This document shows, in pieces, positions 1-12,962 of a DNA stretch of 64,000 bases. Every line of letters starts with the position of its first letter. Position 1 is the stretch's first letter. The DNA lies in assembly GCF_006345805.1 (NCBI RefSeq), contig NC_043011.1, forward strand, positions 16,628,464 through 16,692,463, in the 5' to 3' direction. The notes beneath the pieces were generated by a model, which made no database searches, was not told where the DNA came from, and saw only the letters and a program-made list of their open reading frames with translations. The position numbers were made by a program, and so were the translations under genes. The stretch is from Octopus sinensis (lineage: Eukaryota).

Positions 1-74
1 ACGGCATCTCGCGTCATGTATGACAGGAATCGATAGACGATGGTCATTACTCAAAGTTAATCTTTCAGGAACAA
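1..74 (-). CDS. Candidate exon of an unidentified minus-strand gene (runs off the window)
   Basis: Minus-strand acceptor catttgacaaccaacag is followed by an open phase-1 frame, xVPERLTLSNDHRLSIPVIHDARCR. It is phase-compatible with the 7588-7716 exon. The donor is not visible. Confidence 0.25.
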
Positions 75-343
75 CTGTTGGTTGTCAAATGATGTATTTT
101 TCAAGCTAAGAATAAATATACAAATATCATGATTCCATTTTTAACTGCTCTGCAGAATAACAGTAAAATTAGAAATTCATTTCGTTAGCACAAAGAGTTA
201 AGTACTGAAAACAATTCAGAGAATTCCCATACAGTATTATTAAGAATATATATAGATATACGTAAAACTTATAAGGGTAAAAATTTAGAAAAATCTTCAT
301 ACTGGTGGTTAGCATGCGAAATTAAAATAAAAATCTACGTATT

Positions 344-484
344 TTCATATATAAAAGTGTATAGTATTGATACACAAAGAGGCAACCCTTTACAGGACGC
401 CTTACATGCTAGAGAGGGCATTTAAGGCGTCCTGAAAAAGGTTACCTCTTTCTGTGTAAATACTATACACTTTTTATATATGAA
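344..484. mobile_element. Foldback/MITE-like palindrome
   Basis: Arms of about 65 bp (ttcatatataaaagtgtatagtatt...caggacgcctta.atgc and its near-perfect reverse complement) surround a loop of about 8 nt. Confidence 0.7.
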
Positions 485-655
485 CATATATATTATATAA
501 CATATACATATTTATATATTTACGTAAGTATGTATACACTTACGGGTAACATATATCTTATGCGGAATGCCAAGACGTTGTTTTGGTGTCATGCCTCCTA
601 CAGTGACTTTCATTGTCATTGCAGGCTCGAAATATTCATAAATATATATATATAT

Positions 656-1012
656 ACTCTTTTACTCTTTTGCTTGTTTCAGTCATGGGACTGTGGCCAT
701 GTGGGAGCACCGCCTTTAGTCGAGCATATCGACCCCAGGACTTATTCTTTGTAAGCCTGGTACTTATTCTATCGGTCGTCAAGCGATGTTGGGGGACAAA
801 CACAGACACACAAACATACACTCACGCATAGATATATATACATATATACGACGGGCTTCTTTGAGTTTCCGTCTACCAAATCCCCTCACAAGGCTTTGGT
901 CGACTCGAGGCTATAGTAGAAGACAATTGCCCAAGGTGCCGCACAGTGGAACTCAACCCGGAACCATGTGGTTGGTAATCAAGCTACTTACCACACAGTC
1001 AGTCCTACGCCT
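656..1012 (-). mobile_element. tRNA-derived SINE, family B (CORE-like body)
   Basis: Minus-strand head with A/B-box-like motifs and a CORE-like ggcaccttgggcaa segment. Homologous to the copies at 25670, 27289 and 39633. Confidence 0.9.
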
Positions 1013-1041
1013 ATAAGGCGTAGGAATGGCTATAGATATGT

Positions 1042-1086
<45 letters not shown>

Positions 1087-1103
1087 TATATATATATATA
1101 TAT

Positions 1104-1335
1104 GGCGGCGAGCAGGCAGAAACGTTAGCACGCAGGGCGGAATGCTTAGCAGTATTTCGTCTTGCCGTTACGTTCACAGTTCAAATTCCACCGAGGTCGA
1201 CTTTGCCTTTCATCCTTTCGGGGTCGATAAATAAAGTACCAGTTTCGAACTGGGGTCGATGTAATCGACTTAATCCGTTTGTTTGTCCTTGTTTGTCCCT
1301 TCTATGTTTAGCCTCTTGTGGGTAGTAAAGAAAAA
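1104..1335 (+). mobile_element. tRNA-derived SINE, family A (about 230 bp)
   Basis: ggcggcgagc.ggcagaaacgttagc head, gttcaaattcc B-box and aaagaaa tail, inserted in (TA)n. There are many near-identical copies in the window. Confidence 0.92.
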
Positions 1336-1360
1336 TATATATATAGATACATATATATGA

Positions 1361-1403
<43 letters not shown>

Positions 1404-2339
1404 TATGTATATATATACATATATATATATATGTATATATATATATATGTATATGTATATTATAAGTATATGTATGTATTATGTATGTATGGATGTATGT
1501 ATTGATGTATGTATGTGTAAAGACATACGCACGCGCGAGTAGGAATCAGTATAACGTTATTTTAATTTGCGCCTATTCAACCTCATTTACGGATATCGAA
1601 AGGTTTTCTTTAGAACAGTTTATGACTATTTAAAACCGAACACAATGCAATAATGTTCGTTTAAAACGAACATTATTCCATTGTCAGTGGAATTGGTTCG
1701 TCATTTTCTTCAGCTGACATACTAATCAATAAAAGCCCAAGAAAAAAAAACATAAATCAAAAAGGAATGAGAATATTTTTCTTTCTATTTTTACTGAAAA
1801 ATATGTCACTAAATATTTGTTTTGTAATACTTTATATTGTTCAGGAGAATTATTGGCATAAATTCAATTCCCACGTTGGCATTCATTTATTTAAAAGTAG
1901 CGTATGGACACGACTGTTTTATTAATACAAATACTATAGTTTCGTCAATAAATATATAATTAAAGACGTGATCATGAGAGATTATCAAGATAGTCATTTG
2001 GCGATTTTCATTATATTGAATGAAGAAAAACCAATTGGTTGCGAGAAAATAATCTACCGAATTTTACGGCAATTCAACGTACTTAATGATAGTAATAATA
2101 ATAGTAATAATAATAATAACAATAGTAGTAGTAAGAGTAGTAGTAGTAGTAGTTGTATATAATGAAAGGTGCTGGGAAATAACTATCAATATCTTATTTA
2201 GGTTTCTTAAAACTGATATTCGATTATAACTATAATCTATTCCTCTAAGACTCATTTGAATAGATCGTTTGATAAATAAGTGAACGTGTGTGCGCTAGTA
2301 CAGTTTCGTGTGAAATATTAGCATATGGTTTTTGGAAGA

Positions 2340-2375
<36 letters not shown>

Positions 2376-2710
2376 TGTATGTATGTATGTATATGTATAT
2401 TTATATATAAGTAGACGCACTAACACATAGCCCTATCACGAACAAATATATCTATATGGATGCACACATATTGATATATGTAAATATGTGCGTGTGTGCG
2501 TGATTCGAATATATGCAAAATATAAACAGAAAACGAAGACAAGTGAACAGCAAAAGAAGGTGTATTCGTTTGACGCCCATGGAAACTGGAAGAAGTCTTT
2601 ATCGTGTAGCGAGTCTACGTTCACATACCAAAGTAATCGGGAGAGAAAAGAGATGGAGACAGAAAGAAATAGAAAGGAAAAAAAAGAAACGTCTGAATGA
2701 ATGGTGCATA

Positions 2711-2781
<71 letters not shown>

Positions 2782-2784
2782 ATA

Positions 2785-2988
2785 TTGGGTTGTCCGGAAA
2801 GTTCGTGCCGATTTATAGTAGCTTACCTTTCGACTTACTTTAGAACATGGTTAAGTCCATAAAATAGGAGGGATTGATACGCGTTGTGCAACAAAATTGT
2901 TCTTATTTGGTTGATTAAAAATGTAATGGCAAGTATTTATTGGCATTTTTCTTTCCTTTAAAAATCGGCATAAACTTTCGGGACAGCT

Positions 2989-2991
<3 letters not shown>
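2785..2991. mobile_element. Mariner-derived MITE
   Basis: 30-bp TIRs ttgggttgtccggaaagttcgtgccgattt / aaatcggcataaactttcgggacagctcaa, with TA on both sides. Confidence 0.85.
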
Positions 2992-3022
<31 letters not shown>

Positions 3023-3026
<4 letters not shown>

Positions 3027-3490
3027 TTTGATACTTTGATACTTTGATAGGTTTCGGCCATTATTGGCCCAGGCCATGTCTAACTTAATAGCACCACCTG
3101 GTGAAGTCTTTCAAGTCAGCATTTGGGCACTATGGCCCACTCAAGTAGAGAGTTATTGTTTACAGAGACATATCCGGGTGTAGGGGGTTTATCCGGGATT
3201 TCTTGAAGGAAACTGTCCAAAGACTTCTTTAACCCTATAGGGTCAGTTTCTGTTTTAATGTGTTTTGGTGTAATGTTAAAGAGAGCGGGGCCAATTGAGG
3301 CGAAATAATTGTGCCGTATTGTTGTTATGAGATGAGAGTGCGACTTTTGTTTTGGGTGGATTGCACGGGGCCCAAGCCTTGGATGTACCTTAAAGGTGCT
3401 GCCAACATCATTTGGGCAATGCTGATGGAATATTTTCCACATCATGCAGATAATGTAGCGCTCACGACGACGTTGGAGAGAATAAAGTTT
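3023..3490 (-). mobile_element. CR1-group LINE 3' end
   Basis: [17 protein letters not shown]...ASIGPALFN...LDSFLQEIPDKPPTPGY...NSLLEW is a typical ORF2 C-terminus. It is followed by a 3' UTR and a (caaagtat)x3 tail. Confidence 0.85.
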
Positions 3491-3503
3491 TAGCTTTTCT
3501 AGT

Positions 3504-3980
<477 letters not shown>

Positions 3981-3988
3981 TACGCATA

Positions 3989-4145
3989 TTTAAATGATAA
4001 ACTTCTGGAAAGTTTTACAGATATTTACAGTTCCAGTGATGGATTGGATCTGTTGTCTTCGAATTAGTTTTTTCCTTTCTGGTGTTGAGAATCCTAATCT
4101 TTCAAGATCGGTATTTAGGCAGCGTATTACATATCTCAATGCCCG
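3989..4145 (-). mobile_element. 3' fragment of an R4/Dong-like RLE LINE
   Basis: Clearly homologous to 62395-62550 and encodes the same C-terminus (CLNTDLERLGFSTPERKKLIRR). Confidence 0.8.
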
Positions 4146-4488
4146 TATTCGTATGTGTAGGTGCGCATATATATGAATATATGAATACAAAGACACAGAC
4201 AACATAACAAGCAAAATACATTTACAATCAGCTAATCGAAAGCTAGTGAAAGGGATTTTCGATATGTAGTGTCTAAGTATTCAGATTCAAGTTAATTTTA
4301 CTTTGCCGTAAGAGATCCTGAAGAATACTTCGGTTCCATGACGGAAGATTGCAGTTGGCAACTCAAGTATGAGTATTAAAATATGAGTACGCACATACAC
4401 ACACACACACGCACAAAGACCCACTCATATGCACACATACTCACTTATATGTGTATGTGTGTAGATACATACATACATATTTACATAT

Positions 4489-4789
4489 GGAGCCGCAATG
4501 GCCCAGTGGCTAGGGCAGCGGACTCGCGGTCGTAGGATCGCGGTATCGATTCCCAGACCGGGCGTCGTGAATGTTTATTGAGCGGAAACACCTAAAGCTG
4601 CACGAGGCTCCGGCAGCGGGGTGGCGGCGATCCCTGCTGTAGTCTTTCACCACAACTTTCTCTCACTCTTTCTTGTGCTGGCCTGCTCGCTTAGCCAGCG
4701 GGGTGGCGTCATTTGAAGGCTAAAACAATGCGAATCCCATTGTGACCAGCAATGTGTAGCAACATCTGATAGCCTGGTCAGTCACGGTG
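4489..4789 (+). mobile_element. tRNA(Arg-like)-derived SINE, family C
   Basis: Head ggagccgcaatggcccagtgg...gcggactcgcggtcg...cgattccc. 12-bp TSD atatttacatat at 4477-4488 and 4790-4801. Confidence 0.9.
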
Positions 4790-6644
4790 ATATTTACATA
4801 TACATAAATAGATGTATGTGATTTATGTGTGTATAGATAAATGTATATATATGCATGTATGTATTGACATAAAATTAATTTCCCATGCATGTTTCAGTGT
4901 CCGTTCCTATTCAAAGGCATGTTTCTCCATACACATTAATTCATTCCGCAGATATTTTGCACATCTGCATATTTCTTAAATCGGCTCAGCTGTTTTTTCT
5001 TGACTCAAGTTGTTATTTTTTTATTGTCGGAAATTATGTGAATCACAGGGAGTTCTTGCTGACCCGACCAATATCATCAAAATTAACATCATGAAAAAAA
5101 TCGCAACTTCTGGGAAGACCATTGTGAAATGATTATGCGTTCGTCTCATGAATATAGCCATTGCTATAATCTTCCTCAATCGCCTGCAAAACATCTTTGC
5201 AAGAAAAGAGACCAAGTTCATTCCGAACCTCGAAACTAACAATCATAATATGCTGCAGAGGAAGAGACTGTTGCAGCAACTTTGACTCTGCCACCAGGCA
5301 AAATGATTATATTACATTAATGATGATAGTATTCAAACGTAGAAATCAGCATTTGAAGTGTTTTCTTCATATGATTCGACCATATGAAAGTCAGTAAATA
5401 AGCTATAACTGCATATAACAAAGCTACTGAACACTACAAGGTGATTAACTCTCTTAGACAACGAAGCAAAAGTTATATATTACCTGCCAGATGATGAAGT
5501 GCAATATACTGTTGTGGGCGGGGCCTGAGCGTCTATGCTCTTACGAGAAAATTACATATTTGAAAGAAATTAAGTTATATATTTCTGCTTATAATTAAAC
5601 CCAAAAGATTAGAAATAACTGTGAGGAATGTTTGCGTAATAGAAGAAAACTGAATTCAAAGCTGGACAGCCATTTTGAGCTGATGTTCATATTGATCAAA
5701 ATTTAACCACCTCAACACTTTTGCCCCCAATTTTAAATGATGTGTTCTTCTATTTGGCAATACCTTTATTTCTAATCATTTGAGTGTAAATCAGAACTAA
5801 ATTATTTTGTTTAAAATATAGTAATGCCAAGATCTGTAGATTAAAAATACGTTATCAAAATTATGAATGCGTGCACAAAAGTACACACACCACACACACA
5901 CACACATACACACACACGCACAGACAGGGAGATTGATACATAGATAAATAGATAGATAGATATATAGATAGATAGATAAATGTGGTGGATATGTGTTTGT
6001 ATGTCTGTCTGTATTACGTATGGAAAACGCCTTTCCATTTAAAATTATATAGAAAATACGTCTATATTTTATTTTAATCTTTTTCAGTCATTTCTTTTCC
6101 GAATCTGCGTATCACACCATTATAATTAGTTTAGAGAAACAAAGTTCGTAAATTCATTTTTATCAAAGTTACCAGTTTGCCACTGGCTCATCTACGTGTC
6201 GACATATGTACTGTGTAGACATCTGTACTGTCTCATTTCTACAATGGATATCTTTATACAGACTTTACAGCCAACAAAGAACATAAATACGTCACAATCA
6301 AGTTAAATAGCTCTCCAAGGACGTGTAGCTCTCACCGCGAAGAGAAAAAAATGAATACCCTGACGTCTAGCGGTAATATACGGACTTAGAAATTCTGGCT
6401 TAAAAATCTACATAAAAATTTCTGACAGTTATACTCTACCTAGCAAAATTTACCAACTCTAAAATGGGATGAATAGAAGCCAATATCACTCAATATCCAT
6501 ATGATGAAATAAAACAAGGTAAGTCGGAAAATATTAAGAGCATAGTGGTATTCTAAATATATATGTGTGAATGCGTATGTCTGAATGTATATATGTATAT
6601 TTGTGTGTGTGGATGCGTGAGTGTGCGTGTAAATAGATAGATTT

Positions 6645-6664
6645 ATAGATTGATAGATAGACAC

Positions 6665-6735
<71 letters not shown>

Positions 6736-6740
6736 TAGAG
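6645..6740. repeat. (GATA)n microsatellite
   Basis: Direct observation. Confidence 0.95.
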
Positions 6741-6742
6741 AG

Positions 6743-6936
6743 AGTTTACGAAAAAAACAAAAGACGAAGATAGGTGGTGTACAAAACAAACAGATGTATT
6801 AGTATAACGCCCAGGAATTTCAAAGTCTTTTACGTTTCGAGCCTACGCTCTTATATAGAAAGGGACACAGAAAAAACAAGGAGAGAAACGAGAGAAGAAA
6901 TTGCGTGTAGTGGCTAACGATCAATCATGGCGACAG
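6743..6936 (-). mobile_element. PLE-like terminal fragment with hammerhead-like motif
   Basis: Inverted homolog of 8272-8461. The minus strand contains gagc-gtag-gctc-GAAAC-GTA-aaag. Confidence 0.6.
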
Positions 6937-7587
6937 ACAGATAGCCAAACAGATAGACAGACAAATCCATGGACAGAGAGAGAGAGAGATAAATATATAG
7001 ATACAAGAAAACACAGACAAAAAATGTGGTATCACTTTAGAGTATGGAATTTATAATTTAAACATAATTGTAGAGTTGTAGCATTTATATAAAATATATT
7101 CATATAAATAAAGAGGTAAGACGTTGTGCATAAAGTATCTTATAGTTGTTTCTAAAATACCTGCGCATTTTGGCGCATATCTCATCGAACGAAAATTTCC
7201 ATATAAACGCAACTGTCTGGCTCAGAGAGTATGAATTAGGGAATATCCTTAATAGTTACCAGTGCCATAGAAGAGAGAGTGAGCTAGATAATAACTAGAA
7301 GGCTTGTGCGGAATAACAGACAGTAGGGCCATTCATTTCTAGGTAGCAACGATATCCCTTTTCTTTTAATCGTTGTTCAGGTTGGAATCTTAGTTGTAAG
7401 GGTGAATACTTATTCTATATTCCTATTACATCACCGCATTAGATACAATTTTATTTCCCTCTCTAAATCTCTAGCTATATCTAGCTTCTCTCTCTTTCAT
7501 TCTGTTTCTCGAATCCCTCTGCTCCTTCCTTCTCTTGCTCTCTCTGTCTTCCATTCTTACCCTCTGTCAATACTTCACCTTCCTTAC

Positions 7588-7716
7588 CATGTGACCGGTG
7601 TCCGATGAAGGCGGTGTTGTTCTTTTTCGCCGTGCCTTTCACCAGACCGGTCATGCTGGCCTGGCCTACTGCTTCGCCCATTAGGACTTTCTCCATTTCA
7701 TCTTTGCGCAACCGCA
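7588..7716 (-). CDS. Internal exon, unidentified protein
   Basis: GC-rich island of 129 bp, phase 1-1, with acceptor gtacttag and donor ATG|gtaagg. Encodes RLRKDEMEKVLMGEAVGQASMTGLVKGTAKKNNTAFIGHRSH. Confidence 0.6.
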
Positions 7717-7829
7717 CTAAGTACGTTCGATTGCATCAAAGAGCTTTCAGTTGTATATATAGTATATGTATAATTATTATTCTTTTATTCTGTTGTATTT
7801 ATATTATGTTTTGTTTGTTTCTGTCTTAC

Positions 7830-7910
7830 TATAATTCGCTAATGGTCTCAATGATAATGGCACGAAACCACTACGATATTTTGGGTCGTTGACGGATGAG
7901 GAAAGCCCAG
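7830..7910 (-). CDS. Internal exon, unidentified protein
   Basis: 81 bp, phase 1-1, with acceptor tatttgcag and donor |gtaaga. Encodes [26 protein letters not shown] and joins 7716 in frame across a 113-bp intron. Confidence 0.55.
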
Positions 7911-8095
7911 CTGCAAATATTCCGTGTATCGTGTCTTTGTCTATATCTCGCGTCCGTTAAGTTTTCGTCTAGTTTCCCTCTTGCTCTGCTTTCGTCTAAC
8001 ATTTTCTCCTTGTTGTATTCTTTCTGCTCATCCCTTGATAATCCGTGTAGCACAACGCAAACCCTGTTTCTTTATATGTATATAAATCATTTATG

Positions 8096-8145
<50 letters not shown>

Positions 8146-8271
8146 CTCCCCCAACCGCACGTATATACACGCTCTCACATACACACGCATGCTCACCTTC
8201 GTTTTGGGAACAGCACTACTTTATTATTTCCTCTTCTTCTTAGCTCTCCTGTGCGAACCCTCTGTCCGGCA

Positions 8272-8461
8272 CTCGCCATGATAGATTGCTAGCCACTAAA
8301 CCTTTTTTATTTTCTCTCCCTGTTTATTTCTGTGTTGCTTTCTGTCGAAGAGCGTAGGCTCCAAACGTAAAAGTCTTTCTCACTACCCGAGGGTTAAACT
8401 AATACATCTGTTTGCTGTTTACACACCCGACTTCGTCTTTTATTTTTTGTAAATTCTCACT
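8272..8461 (+). mobile_element. PLE-like terminal fragment with hammerhead-like motif
   Basis: Homolog of 6743-6936, containing cttt-ctgtcgaa-gagcgtaggctc-caaacgta-aaag. Confidence 0.6.
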
Positions 8462-8467
8462 ATATAT

Positions 8468-8526
<59 letters not shown>

Positions 8527-8765
8527 TAACATCTAATGCAGGATAAAATTTTTTCGAGAAAAAATTTTATGAATGGCCAGCATATTAAAAAATACCTTTA
8601 AAAGTTAAAGTTATAAATAACTTATAAAATAAAATATATAGCTTATTTTATAAGTTATTTTATAAGTCATTTATATATAAAAATTATGTATGTATGTCTA
8701 TCTATCTATATATATAAGGTATGTATATATATAAACCATGTATCTATATCTATCTATATATATAT

Positions 8766-8809
<44 letters not shown>

Positions 8810-11679
8810 CTTATAATATATTTATATTATATTTATATATATATATATATATATTCCGGTAAATTTGAATTTTTAAGATAAATCAATTTTCTCATACTAT
8901 AAAGCGTTCTATTTTTAAATGCAGTAAATGATCCATTTTTGTAGGTAAGTGTTCCGTAATTATTCTTTAGCAGAAATATTAAAATTGAAATTATTTGTAG
9001 AAATATAATGATGCAGAAAATCTATATAAGATATACTGACATGAAAAGGAACCTTAGAAATTTCTGAGAAATGTATTCTATGCGATAAAGGAAATTGAAG
9101 TGGAATTAGTTGGGAATGGCAGATTTATTACAGAAATTGGTAGAAAATGAAATACTGTTTTCCACCATAAAGGAAAATTTTGTGATCGACCTTAAGAATT
9201 TTCACTTAATTTATTACTACACGTACGTGTGGAGCAAATTTAAATGCAATTCGTGATATCTTTGCAACAGTTTGTACGTGGCAACACACTCCCACTCTGC
9301 AAGTATTCACTGCCCTGCAGTGTTCAATATGCATGCATAGACGTGAATGCGTTTACCAAATAGCTAAAATCAAAATGAGTTGAAGGAATATATCAAGCAG
9401 GCCAGTGGCTTGAATTAAGAATGCGTGATTTATCGCGTGACGTATGAACAAAAACAAAAAAAACACAAATAATACTTCTCCCTTAACTTGACAAAAAATA
9501 AATGCGAATTCCTAACGACTCTTCAAAATGTGCAAAGATAACTTCAAGAAATAACAAAATAGATAAAGGAAAATCTGGTTTTGTAGGCAAAGGGACAACG
9601 TATTTCAGTATTATTAAACGGAAATGTATCGGATACTCTGCGTACGTTCCTTAGATGCAGGCTGCCTGATATATGGAAAAGTGTTATAATGACTTGATAA
9701 CAGTAATAATTGATATAATCAAAAATTATAATTAGGCAAGGAAAACAAGTAAAATGGCACGATGACATGAGTTGAGATTAATTAATGCGTAATGTATTAG
9801 AAAAACAAATTCATAGCCTCTCCTAATCGATTGAAAATAACATTTTGTCTTCTGTCAGATGAGAGATATTGCGAAAATTGATAATATCAGACAAATTTTT
9901 ATACATTAGGAATTATTTTCACAAAATCGCGAAATATGTATCCTCACGGGCAAGATAAGTAAAATCTATCGCCTAAGCATGTAAATATGTTTTGCCAAAT
10001 TTATTCTTAACGTTTTGAAATCATCTCTTCCTCCGATCCTTTGTTTTCTTAACAATTGCATATAATTATTTTTGCTTTATTTTTCATTAAGAAAGAAAAG
10101 CCAATCAATTAACTTATTTATCATTGAGTAAGCTGCATTCTAGAGGTAAAATATATTTCTCTAAAAGATAGCTTTCGGTACGTGTTTCTTTCATCTACAC
10201 GAAACGTGTATATTCTGGTGTATGATAGCAGCATATCGCATTTTTTTATGGAGATGCATTCACATTGTATTGTAGAAATATTTTAGTATAACATCTATGT
10301 GGTTCAACTTCACACAAATATAAAATTAGTGTAATGTCCATCACTCTAGATATCCACTATAAAGTCTTGTATAAGGGGAATTGAATCAATATCATTATTC
10401 TCCTCAAACTGATGTTTTCTTTGAGAACTAAAACCAATATCAGTTCCACATTCCAAGCATTAATGCCAATGATACTTTATAAACAAGCAAACCACGTAGT
10501 TGTCATCGGAATTTGTATTTTCGGTTCTTTCCATAAAGGTTTGGTTCCTGAAATTCCCGCAATTACAGGTTTTCGTTTTCATAATAACATTGGAAGGAAT
10601 TTCACTGGCTACGATTTGATAAGTGAGACAGGAGATTGGAAATGAAAAAGAAAATAAACTATCCAAAGATGTAGTTAGAGAAACGAAATTGTAAGGAATT
10701 AGAATTGAGTCTAGCAATCATTTTGATGTGTGTGGTTGGTTGTAAGTGATATACCACAATGTCTTAACCATGATTTAGAATCTAATCTGCCAAGAAGACA
10801 AAGTTTAGACTGGAAGTAATGTAAGAGTAAAGATGCTGCTTTAACTGAAAGTAGATACATTACCACCTAAAATCAAAAGATGCTCCAATGACGAGAATGA
10901 CACAGAAAATATCTTTAAATGGGATAAATTATTCGCCGCGAGTAAGAAAAAAATATCTGTTGTATGAAGAATTATTCAGCGGAAATAAAAAATTTAATGG
11001 TGTTTCTGCATAAATGCGTTTAGAATTGTGTGCATGAAGAAAAATTATTATATCTATGATGAATACGGGGGCTAAAAAGTATTCCATTATGTCATTTTGT
11101 TTTGATATTTGTCAACGCAGACTATCACTAACTTCCTCGCTTTCTAGCGTTGTAAACGTGAAATAAATATATTCGTAGGCTTTATGAACAAATAAAAATT
11201 AATTTGCTTACCTAATGTTCTGAGCCGCTGCCTCTTTAATATTCAAGTGATGTGTATACAAAGAGTCTGTACCCGCTATCATAACTACATTTGCATATTT
11301 AGTATTCATTATTATTTTATTTAAATAGGAAGTATAGGAACAAACGTAAACAAACGAAAACCAGAGACAATTAGAAAGAGACAAGAAAAGAAAACTGGCA
11401 ATGGAAAATCTATGAATAGATTATTTGCTTTTTGTTTATCTTCTATTGGTGTGATATTTTTTTTTTACAGGGAAACGGAATAATACAGGTCTGAAAGACA
11501 CATTAGTTAAATATATGAAGTGATTTTTTTTTGTAGGTCTCACATTTCCAAGGTAATTTGTATCTTAATATTGTGATGGAGTAATGGTGGTAGCTTGCAT
11601 GTTTATCTATATCTATACGTCTATCTATATATACGTGTGTGTGTTTGTATAATACACACACACACGCACACACGTATAT

Positions 11680-11825
11680 ATATGTACGTATGTATGTATG
11701 TTTGTGTGTGTGTTTGTGCCCCACCATCGCTTGACAACCGAGTTTGTGTTTTCGTCCCCGTAACTTAGTGGTTCAGCAAAAGCGCCTGACAGAATAAGAA
11801 CTAGTCTTACAAAGAATAAGCCTTG
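11680..11825 (+). mobile_element. SINE family B, 3' fragment
   Basis: ccaccatcgcttgacaaccg...cttacaaagaataag matches the family B body. Confidence 0.75.
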
Positions 11826-11848
11826 CGTTCTTTGTGTATGTGTGTGAG

Positions 11849-11916
<68 letters not shown>

Positions 11917-12500
11917 TGTATGTATGTATGTATGTACGTGTGTATGTGTATTTGTATATATATTCATATATATATATATATGTGTGGTTACATCCATACG
12001 AGGATAGGCCTTGGCATGGAACTAATTGACGGTGATGTACAAATGCTAACAAGATATACAATGCCTCGTAAGCTTTACTACACCTGGTTGTGCTAAACCC
12101 TATCCGGTCCTAACAGCGGTATTATTTGAGCTCAGACAAAGAAATCAGAAACAATGGTAGCAAATCCCTTGGGAGACTCTATTGACTCTACCAAGCAACC
12201 GCTTTAAAAATCGATGAATAGATGAAAGGATGGATTAATGGATAAAAACAAACCAGATGATATTTTGAACAATTGTGGTAGAGCTACTTCATATGTAATC
12301 CAAATTTATGAACATACTTAAATATCTCTACAAATAAATAAAGAATGTTATATCACATATCTTCGTAACTTACTGCTAAGTAGATCTATTTTCTCCGAAA
12401 TATTTCGATATTACACCATTCCTCTTATCAGCTTTCTAAATTCCATCAGGATTTGCCTTATTTTCTCAACAAAATTGTTTCCAGTATCTGTTCAAATGAA

Positions 12501-12666
12501 GGCGACGAGCTAGCAGAACTGTTAGCATACCGGGCAAAACTCTATGGGGGTCGATTAGCTTTTCATCCTTTCGGGATAAAATAGGTACCATTAGAATAGT
12601 GGGGAGTCGACTTAATCGCCTCAGCCTCTCCTCCAAATCTGCAAGCCATGTACTAAATTTCAAAAC
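12501..12666 (+). mobile_element. Degenerate family A SINE (alternative tail)
   Basis: Head ggcgacgagctagcagaa with an internal deletion. The tail resembles the variants at 14148, 36524 and 53326. Confidence 0.75.
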
Positions 12667-12731
12667 GATATATGTCCAAATGTATATACAAAATAGATCT
12701 CGTCTCTGGGGTGGTCAGAACATAATTTTAA

Positions 12732-12962
12732 GGCGGCGAGCTGGCAGAAAGGTTAGCACGCCGGGCGAAATGATTACCGGTATTTCGTCTGCCGCTACGT
12801 TCTGAGTTCGAATTCCGCCGAGGTCGACTTTGCCTTTTATCCTTTCGGGATCGATAAATTAAGTACCAGTTACACACTGGGGTCGATGTAATCGACTTAA
12901 TTCCTTTGTCTGTCCTTGTTTGTCCCCTCTATGTTTAGCCCCTTGCGGGCAATAAAGAAATA
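12732..12962 (+). mobile_element. SINE family A, full length
   Basis: Near-consensus copy. 14-bp TSD agaa(c/t)ataatttta at 12717-12730 and 12963-12976. Confidence 0.93.

Noticed and set aside
4489-4560. tRNA-Arg-like sequence (also heads at 17096, 30097 and all family A/B copies)
   Set aside because: These are SINE heads. They have no complete cloverleaf or acceptor stem, and they continue into SINE bodies with TSDs.
5021-5560. Protein-like frames on both strands, including a hydrophobic minus ORF and possible splice sites
   Set aside because: Several mutually exclusive readings exist, none with both a good acceptor and donor or a recognisable motif.
7605-7892. Plus-strand ORF starting MKAVLFFFAVPF (signal-peptide-like)
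   Set aside because: It is an antisense shadow of the better-supported minus-strand exons and runs into low-complexity intron sequence.
10460-10717. Minus-strand ORF ASEIPSNVIMKTKTCNCGNF...
   Set aside because: An acceptor is plausible but there is no convincing donor, and the length is within chance.
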